Source: a virus
Taxonomy: Duplodnaviria > Heunggongvirae > Uroviricota > Caudoviricetes
DNA length: 14,318 nucleotides
Strand: one strand, 5' to 3'
Virus record (IMG/VR): IMGVR_UViG_2778261064_000005
Location: 1-14,318 of that record
The notes under the pieces were generated by a model that searched no databases, was not told the origin of the DNA, and saw only the letters and a list, made by a program, of their open reading frames with translations. Shown here piece after piece: positions 1 through 6,071 of the stretch; position 1 is the first letter of the stretch, and each line of letters opens with the position of its first letter. The translations under genes and the position numbers were made by a program.

Positions 1-1
1 G

Positions 2-31
2 TGTCCATTAAAAATGATGGACATTATTTTT
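2..31 (+). terminator. Candidate intrinsic terminator upstream of holin (tR'-like position)
   Basis: Inverted repeat tgtccat (2-8) / atggaca (17-23) with 8-nt loop, followed by T-rich ttattttt (24-31). Stem is AT-rich and weak. Position matches lambdoid tR' just before the lysis genes. Confidence 0.25.
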
Positions 32-94
32 GTAGAGCCGGAGGAAACAGACCAGACGGTTTAAATGAGCCGGTTACACGGAGACATACATCAG

Positions 95-301
95 ATGGAA
101 AAAATCACAACAGGTGTGTCATACACCACGTCAGCGGTGGGGACGGGATACTGGTTACTGCAGCTGCTGGACAAAGTCTCTCCGTCCCAGTGGGTGGCGA
201 TAGGTGTGCTGGGGAGTCTGCTGTTTGGCCTGTTGACGTATCTTACTAACCTGTATTTCAAAATCAGAGAGGACCGTCGTAAGGCGGCGCGGGGAGAGTA
301 A
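95..301 (+). CDS. S: Class II pinholin, phage 21 S21-like (68 aa); possible longer antiholin form from in-frame ATG at 65
   Basis: Translation [10 protein letters not shown]...[22 protein letters not shown] closely matches my recollection of the S21-68 pinholin: two TM segments, the first Gly/Ala-rich SAR-like, and a charged C-terminus. GGAGA lies 10 nt upstream of ATG 95. In-frame ATG at 65 adds 10 residues including Arg. Confidence 0.85.
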   Translation: MEKITTGVSYTTSAVGTGYWLLQLLDKVSPSQWVAIGVLGSLLFGLLTYLTNLYFKIREDRRKAARGE

Positions 302-305
302 AGCG

Positions 306-650
306 ATGAAGAAAAAATACGAACTGGTTGTTAAAGGGATAAATAATTACCCGGATAAGATTACTGTTAGTGTGGCACTGGAAATTGGTGGGTATCCGTC
401 ACTGTTGTTGCCAGATGTGGCGATTAGTCTTGACCGTACTGAAGGAGCCACGCTGGAGTTTTACGAAGCTGAGGCGAAAAAGCAGGCGAAGCAGTTTTTC
501 ATGGATGTTGCTGCCGGGTTATGTGAAGGGGATGGTCCGTTGCCGGAAAAGCGGCCCATCATTTTAGAGGCGCAGGATGTGTTGATAACCTACAGAGGAA
601 AACTACCGGGAATAATTACTGGTTCTCTGAAGACTCCACCGCTGGCCTGA
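306..650 (+). CDS. Hypothetical protein between holin and endolysin (possibly YdfR/DUF1327-like by synteny with K-12 Qin essQ-ydfR-rrrQ)
   Basis: 114-codon ORF starting 5 nt after the holin stop with GGGGAGAG upstream. No TM segment or catalytic motif recognised. Family assignment is by position only. Confidence 0.6.
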   Translation: MKKKYELVVKGINNYPDKITVSVALEIGGYPSLLLPDVAISLDRTEGATLEFYEAEAKKQAKQFFMDVAAGLCEGDGPLPEKRPIILEAQDVLITYRGKLPGIITGSLKTPPLA

Positions 651-700
651 AGACTTAACATATCCAGGGATTTGAAATCGATAAATCCTGATAAATATCC

Positions 701-1234
701 ATGAACGCAAAAATCAGATACGGCCTGTCGGCTGCCGTTCTGGCGCTGATTGGTGCAGGGGCGTCTGCGCCTGAAATCCTCGACCAGTTTCTGGATGAAA
801 AGGAAGGTAACCACACCACGGCATACCGTGATGGTGCGGGTATCTGGACCATCTGCCGAGGTGCCATCCTGGTGGATGGTAAACCTGTCGTTCCGGGCAT
901 GAAGTTGTCGAAGGAAAAATGCGACCGGGTTAACGCCATTGAGCGTGATAAGGCGCTGGCATGGGTGGAGAAAAACATCAAAGTGCCGCTGACCGAACCC
1001 CAGAAAGCGGGGATCGCGTCATTCTGTCCGTACAACATTGGTCCCGGTAAGTGTTTCCCGTCGACGTTTTACAGACGAATTAATGCAGGTGATCGAAAAG
1101 GTGCCTGCGAAGCGATTCGCTGGTGGATTAAGGACGGTGGCAGAGACTGCCGTATTCGTTCAAACAACTGTTACGGTCAGGTATCCCGTCGTGACCAGGA
1201 GAGCGCGCTGGCGTGCTGGGGAATCGACAGATAA
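701..1234 (+). CDS. R: SAR endolysin, T4-lysozyme-like muramidase (GH24), R21-type
   Basis: N-terminal Gly/Ala-rich weakly hydrophobic segment YGLSAAVLALIGAGASA (signal-anchor-release). Catalytic E-8aa-D-5aa-T spacing visible in EGNHTTAYRDGAGIWT. 177 aa, the size of R21/RrrQ-type enzymes. Confidence 0.9.
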   Translation: MNAKIRYGLSAAVLALIGAGASAPEILDQFLDEKEGNHTTAYRDGAGIWTICRGAILVDGKPVVPGMKLSKEKCDRVNAIERDKALAWVEKNIKVPLTEPQKAGIASFCPYNIGPGKCFPSTFYRRINAGDRKGACEAIRWWIKDGGRDCRIRSNNCYGQVSRRDQESALACWGIDR

Positions 1235-1504
1235 GAAGAATATTTTGCTGAAAAATGAGGTTTGCTTACATGGACGGATAACACGAAATCCTGCAAATTT
1301 GCAAAATGTAAGTGAATAAAGTCAAAACAGTTGTTTAACACTCAGGCACCGTAATGATGCCTTTGTCATTTCTGCGCATCTCACGCGCATCTCACAACAC
1401 AGAACCTTTCAGGATGACCCTTGAGGATACCGGTTTGGCTGTCGGTGCCTTTCTGTGGACTGGATTCCTGTGAGACAAGGTTCATCACTAAAAGGAAATA
1501 ACCG

Positions 1505-2074
1505 ATGAATATGATGGCCGTGCCGTTTCACGGCAACTCTCTTTATGTAGTTAACCATAATGGCGAACCATACGTTCCCATGAAACCTGTCGTTGCGGGG
1601 ATGGGGCTGGCCTGGCAATCACAGTTGGCTAAGTTAAGACAGCGTTTTGCGTCAACTATAACGGAAATCGTTATGGTTGCTGAGGATGGGAAACAACGCA
1701 ATATGGTGTCCATGCCACTTCGAAAACTTGCCGGCTGGCTACAAACCATTAATCCCAACAAAGTAAAACCCGAAATCCGCGATAAGGTCATCCGGTATCA
1801 GGAAGAGTGCGACGATGTTCTTTACGAGTACTGGACGAAGGGTTTTGTCGTTAATCCCCGTAAAATGAGCGTGATGGAAGAACTCAACCAGGCTTGTGCT
1901 GACATGAAACGGGATAAAAATATTGCCAGTGTGTTTGCTACCGGGCTGAATGAGTGGAAACAGGTTAAAGCCGCGCATGTATCAAAAATCCGTACGCTGG
2001 TAAATGAAGCGAATATGCTGATTGATTTTGTCCTGGCTGATACAGGCAAAGGGAAAATAACAAAGGCGGATTGA
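1505..2074 (+). CDS. AntA-domain antirepressor-like protein
   Basis: N-terminus MNMMAVPFHGNSLYVVNHNGEPYVPMKPVVAGMGLAWQSQ resembles the AntA/AntB N-terminal domain of phage antirepressors (from memory). Strong RBS AAAGGAAA 7 nt upstream of the ATG. 270-bp upstream spacer carries a palindrome. Confidence 0.7.
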   Translation: MNMMAVPFHGNSLYVVNHNGEPYVPMKPVVAGMGLAWQSQLAKLRQRFASTITEIVMVAEDGKQRNMVSMPLRKLAGWLQTINPNKVKPEIRDKVIRYQEECDDVLYEYWTKGFVVNPRKMSVMEELNQACADMKRDKNIASVFATGLNEWKQVKAAHVSKIRTLVNEANMLIDFVLADTGKGKITKAD

Positions 2075-2220
2075 TGGGGTGGCTAATGATATCAGATAAA
2101 CTCATAACGCTGGTGAAGAGCCTCTGTGTACTTGTCGGCATTTCATTTTTAGTCATGCTGGTTGCCATTTTCTTTTCCACCGCCTGGCGAGTCCTGACGT
2201 TATCGGGACTGGTGGGGTGA
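2074..2220 (+). CDS. Small (48 aa) predicted single-pass membrane protein, translationally coupled to upstream gene
   Basis: ATG overlaps the upstream TGA stop (TGATG). Product [48 protein letters not shown] has one clear hydrophobic helix. It fills the Ant-Rz gap and ends 8 nt before the Rz start. Not in the supplied ORF track (below size cutoff). Confidence 0.35.
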   Translation: MGWLMISDKLITLVKSLCVLVGISFLVMLVAIFFSTAWRVLTLSGLVG

Positions 2221-2227
2221 AAGAGAG

Positions 2228-2695
2228 ATGAACCGTGTTCTGTGTGTGGTGATTATTGTCCTGGCGGTTGGCTGTGGTGCGCTGTGGCTGGCAACAAACC
2301 ATTACCGTGACAACGCGCTCACCTACAAAGCGCAGCGCGATAAAAAAGCCAGAGAGCTGGAACAGGCGAATGCAACCATTACTGATATGCAGCAGCGCCA
2401 GCGTGATGTTGCTGCACTTGATGCCAGATACTCGAGGGAATTAGCCGATGCGAGAGCTGAAAATGAAACTCTGCGCGCTGATGTTGCCGCTGGTCGTAAG
2501 CGCCTGCGCATCAACGCCAACTGTCCCGGTACCGTGCGTGAAGCCACCGGCACCGCCCGCGTGGATAATGCAACCGGCCCCCAACTGGCAGACACCGTTA
2601 CACGGGATTATTTCACCCTCAGAGAGCGGCTGATGACGATGCAGAAGCAACTGGAAGGGGCACAGGACTATATCCGCACTCAGTGCCTGAACTAA
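2228..2695 (+). CDS. Rz: Rz i-spanin (inner-membrane spanin subunit)
   Basis: N-terminal TM, then coiled-coil. Strong similarity to lambda Rz as I recall it ([67 protein letters not shown]). SD AAGAGAG upstream. Confidence 0.9.
   Translation: MNRVLCVVIIVLAVGCGALWLATNHYRDNALTYKAQRDKKARELEQANATITDMQQRQRDVAALDARYSRELADARAENETLRADVAAGRKRLRINANCPGTVREATGTARVDNATGPQLADTVTRDYFTLRERLMTMQKQLEGAQDYIRTQCLN
2448..2633 (+). CDS. Rz1: Rz1 o-spanin lipoprotein, embedded in +1 frame within Rz
   Basis: Entirely inside Rz in another frame. Lipobox LVVSAC, Pro-rich mature region ([30 protein letters not shown]) closely matching lambda Rz1 from memory. True start may be the internal Met at about 2463. Confidence 0.85.
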   Translation: MRELKMKLCALMLPLVVSACASTPTVPVPCVKPPAPPAWIMQPAPNWQTPLHGIISPSESG

Positions 2696-2887
2696 GTTTT
2701 GCTGATGCGCCGTATCGTCGCTGTATTCCCTCATTAACAGAGACCGCAGCCCGACAGGGAGACTCCTCTGCGCGAGTGTGCGGGGATAATCAAAAACGAT
2801 ACACACCGGGGTTTACCGCGTTAACGGAGCGCGGCGTTGTCCCCTCATAGTCGCCTGTCCGGTACGATGGTGGAAGAAACCGAACGT

Positions 2888-3088
2888 TCATTTCTCGTTA
2901 TTTGTCATGCTGGCCGTACGCAGATGCGTTGCATCTGTTGCCAGCCTTCTCCTGCAGGCTTCAATAACCCACGCTGAAAAGTTACTGGACCCTTTATGCT
3001 CAAGGGCGATGTTGATCTGTTCAATCATGTGATTGGGGAAACGGATATTGCGGGTTGTGGTTCTGCGGGTCCGGTTTTTCGATGACAT
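2888..3088 (-). CDS. ylcI: YlcI-like small protein (DUF3950 family)
   Basis: Minus-strand ORF MSSKNRTRRTTTRNIRFPNHMIEQINIALEHKGSSNFSAWVIEACRRRL... resembles E. coli DLP12 YlcI as I recall it. Start chosen at internal ATG (3088) because AAAGGAAA lies 8 nt upstream; the ORF-track start at 3148 lacks an RBS and would overlap the HNH gene. Confidence 0.65.
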   Translation of the reverse strand: MSSKNRTRRTTTRNIRFPNHMIEQINIALEHKGSSNFSAWVIEACRRRLATDATHLRTASMTNNEK

Positions 3089-3129
3089 ATTTATTTCCTT
3101 TACTGATTGCCATATGACGGGGATTTTAC

Positions 3130-3495
3130 ATGGCTGAGCTTCGTACACTCCAGAGCAGAATCAAAACTCTGAACACCCGACGGGTGAATATTCTGAAGGG
3201 GGAACAGCGTCGTGTCAGTGGCAGTGCACGTGTTTCCCTCAAGCGTCATATCTGGCTGAGGGATGCCGGACAGTGCTGTCTCTGTGGTCGTGTGGTTGAC
3301 CTCTGTGACAGTGAACTCGATCACCGAATTGCACTTCAGTTCGGTGGTGGTAATGAGGAGACGAATCTCTGGACGCTCTGTACCGAATGCCATCGACAAA
3401 AGTCTGCTCGTGAAGCGGCGGGTGGTATGCCGGACCCGACGCTGCCGGAGGTGTCCGGAGGTCATGGCAGGGCAGACGATATCATCGGACTGTGA
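3130..3495 (+). CDS. Phage HNH endonuclease (packaging-associated)
   Basis: HNH motif CCLCGRVVDLCDSELDHRIALQFGGGNEETNLWTLCTECHRQKS (Cys pairs, catalytic His, conserved Asn). Sits immediately upstream of terS/terL as in HK97-like cos phages. Confidence 0.85.
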   Translation: MAELRTLQSRIKTLNTRRVNILKGEQRRVSGSARVSLKRHIWLRDAGQCCLCGRVVDLCDSELDHRIALQFGGGNEETNLWTLCTECHRQKSAREAAGGMPDPTLPEVSGGHGRADDIIGL

Positions 3496-3503
3496 CCCGC
3501 CCC

Positions 3504-3514
3504 GGGGGGGGGGG
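3504..3514. repeat. Homopolymeric G11 tract (preceded by CCCGCCCC)
   Basis: Eleven consecutive G directly after the HNH stop codon, in the region where a cos site is expected. Confidence 0.9.
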
Positions 3515-3587
3515 ATCATCCGGCGAAAAAAACGATCGCTCCGGACACCGCGCCCCCTCTCATGCAGAGAAAAAATTCCCGTTTCAG

Positions 3588-3712
3588 GCCAGTTAACATG
3601 TTAACTGGCTGTTCGGCCTTTTTTCTGTTTTTATCTTTATAATTCAGTTTATTGCGTGGAAAAAATGTTAACCGACTTTTTCGGAAAATGTTAACCAGGC
3701 AGCAGTTAACAT
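3588..3712. promoter_or_regulatory. GTTAAC-motif array with perfect 22-bp palindrome; putative terminase small-subunit binding / cos-proximal region
   Basis: Perfect palindrome GCCAGTTAACATGTTAACTGGC (3588-3609). AAAATGTTAACC direct repeat at 3662-3673 and 3685-3696. CAGTTAACAT at 3594-3603 and 3703-3712. Five GTTAAC hexamers in about 125 bp, AT-rich spacer, lying between HNH and terS. Confidence 0.35.
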
Positions 3713-3786
3713 TCGGGGTATGCGCGGTGTGGGAAAACGGCCTGATGCATGCCCGGCTGAGAGAGTTTTGACCCCGGGAGGGCACT

Positions 3787-4350
3787 GTGCTGACGACGCA
3801 AAAACGAAAATTTGCGCTGGCGCTCATGTCCGGGAAAAACAAAACAGCGTCAGCCATTGCGGCAGGTTATTCGGCGAAGACGGCCAGAGTTAAAGGCTCG
3901 CAGCTGGCAAAAGATCCGGAGGTGCTTGCGTTTATAGCCCGTAAACAGGGCGAGACGGTGGAGGTGGATGAGGTTCCTGTTTACCGGCAGAAAAAATCAG
4001 AGCAGGAGGATAAACCCCGTCGCCGTGAGGCGGCTGCAATACCACAGCAGGACGAAACAAATCCGGAGATGCCACCGCCCGTGGTGATATCTCCTAGTAT
4101 TGATTACATGGAAGACGGTCTTCCAGATCCGGTAAAAGCAATGGGGAGGATCCTGGTGGAAAACCTGATAATTGACCCGAAACTGGCACTGGATGCGGCC
4201 TGGCGACTGGCGCAGTTCACACACTATAAAAAAGGCGATGCTGGTAAAAAATCGGCAAAAGGTGACGCGGCGAAAAAAGCGGCTAACCGTTTTGCGGTGC
4301 CACCACCACCCCGACTGGTGGTGAATAATGATAATGAGGGCAACGGATGA
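3787..4350 (+). CDS. terS: Terminase small subunit (P27/Terminase_2-like)
   Basis: GTG start with GGGAGGG upstream. N-terminus LTTQKRKFALALMSGKNKTASAIAAGYSAKTA matches the small-terminase N-terminal HTH region. Acidic/Pro-rich linker follows. Stop overlaps terL start (ATGA). Confidence 0.85.
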   Translation: MLTTQKRKFALALMSGKNKTASAIAAGYSAKTARVKGSQLAKDPEVLAFIARKQGETVEVDEVPVYRQKKSEQEDKPRRREAAAIPQQDETNPEMPPPVVISPSIDYMEDGLPDPVKAMGRILVENLIIDPKLALDAAWRLAQFTHYKKGDAGKKSAKGDAAKKAANRFAVPPPPRLVVNNDNEGNG

Positions 4351-6008
4351 TACCTGTGTGGAGCACGGCCTGCCCGGACTGGGCAGAGCGCCTGAAAAAG
4401 GGGCTGTCGATTATTCCGTCTCCGATTTACCCGGAGCAGGCCGCACATGCCCTGGCGATTTTTAAACAACTGCGGATTGTGGATGCACCGGGCAGCCCGA
4501 CGTTCGGTGAGTCCTGTGCACAGTGGGTGTTTGACCTGGTGGCGGCTCTGTTTGGCTCCTACGATGCGCAGACCGGTGTCCGCCATATCAAGGAAGTGTT
4601 CATTCTGATACCCAAAAAAAACAGCAAGTCCACACTGGCCGCCGGGATCATGATGACGGCGCTGTTACTGAACTGGCGGCAGGCGGCGGGTTACACGATT
4701 CTGGCCCCGACTGTGGAGGTGGCAGCCAACGCCTTCAATCCTGCCAGGGATATGGTACGACGGGACGATGATCTGGATGACCTCTGCCAGGTACAGACCC
4801 ATATCCGGACCATCACCCACAGGGTGACAGACACCACCCTGAAGGTGGTGGCAGCCGATCCGAATACGGTGTCCGGTATCAAGTCCGTGGGTACGCTGAT
4901 TGATGAGTTGTGGCTGTTTGGCAAGCAGTGCAAGGCGGAGGACATGTTACGTGAAGCCATAGGCGGCCTTGCCTCCCGCCCGGAAGGGTTTGTGGTGTAT
5001 ACGACCACCCAGTCGAATGAACCGCCCGCCGGGGTGTTCAGACAGAAACTGCAGTACGCCCGGGATGTGCGCGACGGCAAAATTCATGATCCGCACTTTC
5101 TGCCGGTGATATTTGAACACCCTCCTGAAATGGTGGAAAGCGGGGCTCACTTGCTGATGGAAAACCTCGCCATGGTCAATCCGAATCTCGGCTATTCGGT
5201 GGATGAGGCCTTTCTGTACCGGGAGTACCGTAAAGCCCGGGAGGCTGGTGAGGAAGCATTTCGTGGCTTCATGTCAAAACACGCCAATGTGGAAATTGGC
5301 CTTGCCCTGCGTTCTGACCGCTGGGCGGGCGCGGATTTCTGGGAGCAGCAGGGCAGGCGCGTCAGCCTGGAAGATATCCTGCAGCGCGCTGATGTGGTGA
5401 CGGTGGGGATTGACGGCGGGGGCCTGGATGATCTGCTGGGAATGTACGTGATTGGTCGTGATCGGGAGACCCGCGAATGGTTAGGCTGGGGCCATGCCTG
5501 GGCGCATGAAACCGCGGTGGTCCGACGGAAGAGTGAGGCATCCCGGTTTCAGGATTTTGTGGCCTGTGGAGACATGACGATTGTCCGTCGGGTCGGGGAT
5601 GACACGGCGGAAGTGGCGGAGTATGTGCGTCGTATTCATGAGGCTGAGTTACTGGATCATATCGGTATTGACCCGTCAGGTGTGGGGCAGATTCTGGATT
5701 CACTGGCGGAAGCCGGGATCCCCGACGGAATTGTTGTGGGGATAAGCCAGGGCTGGAAGCTGGGCGGGGCCATCAAAACCACCGAACGCAAACTGGCTGA
5801 AGGGGTGCTGGTGCATGGTGGCCAGCCACTGATGGCCTGGTGCGTTGGCAATGCCCGGGTGGAGCCCAGAGGTAACGCCATCCTTATTACCAAACAGGCC
5901 AGCGGACGGGGGAAAATCGACCCGCTGATGGCGCTTTTCAATGCGGTATCCCTGATGTCCCTGAATCCGGAGCCCAAAAAGAAAGAATATGCGGTTTTTT
6001 TCATATAA
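4347..6008 (+). CDS. terL: Terminase large subunit (ATPase/nuclease)
   Basis: 553 aa. Translationally coupled to terS. P-loop-like ILIPKKNSKST, then a C-terminal nuclease-type region. Size and position typical of HK97-like TerL. Confidence 0.9.
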   Translation: MIPVWSTACPDWAERLKKGLSIIPSPIYPEQAAHALAIFKQLRIVDAPGSPTFGESCAQWVFDLVAALFGSYDAQTGVRHIKEVFILIPKKNSKSTLAAGIMMTALLLNWRQAAGYTILAPTVEVAANAFNPARDMVRRDDDLDDLCQVQTHIRTITHRVTDTTLKVVAADPNTVSGIKSVGTLIDELWLFGKQCKAEDMLREAIGGLASRPEGFVVYTTTQSNEPPAGVFRQKLQYARDVRDGKIHDPHFLPVIFEHPPEMVESGAHLLMENLAMVNPNLGYSVDEAFLYREYRKAREAGEEAFRGFMSKHANVEIGLALRSDRWAGADFWEQQGRRVSLEDILQRADVVTVGIDGGGLDDLLGMYVIGRDRETREWLGWGHAWAHETAVVRRKSEASRFQDFVACGDMTIVRRVGDDTAEVAEYVRRIHEAELLDHIGIDPSGVGQILDSLAEAGIPDGIVVGISQGWKLGGAIKTTERKLAEGVLVHGGQPLMAWCVGNARVEPRGNAILITKQASGRGKIDPLMALFNAVSLMSLNPEPKKKEYAVFFI

Positions 6009-6034
6009 CCCTGTTCACCCTGTAACCATCATGG

Positions 6035-6054
6035 ACCGCTGCGGCGGTTTTTTT
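6035..6054 (+). terminator. Weak terminator-like hairpin + T-run between terL and capsid ORF
   Basis: accgc-tgcg-gcggt stem-loop (6035-6048) followed by T7 (6048-6054), then AGGAGG and GTG start of the next gene. Confidence 0.3.
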
Positions 6055-6071
6055 ATTTTCAGGAGGCTGAT

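Noticed and set aside
1-249. 82-aa + strand ORF at window start overlapping the holin gene
   Set aside because: Different frame from the well-supported pinholin, no RBS, no recognisable motif; the region is better explained as a terminator-like hairpin plus the holin start.
1038-1319. 93-aa + strand ORF overlapping the end of the endolysin gene
   Set aside because: Alternative frame of a confidently assigned endolysin; Arg-rich translation typical of off-frame reading.
2696-2887. Intergenic region after Rz examined for a bor-like lipoprotein gene or bidirectional terminator
   Set aside because: No ORF with signal peptide or lipobox and no clear hairpin plus T-run found on either strand.
3516-3857. 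113-aa minus-strand ORF across the HNH-terS intergenic region
   Set aside because: Runs antisense through the repeat-rich putative cos region and into terS, with no RBS; low-complexity product.
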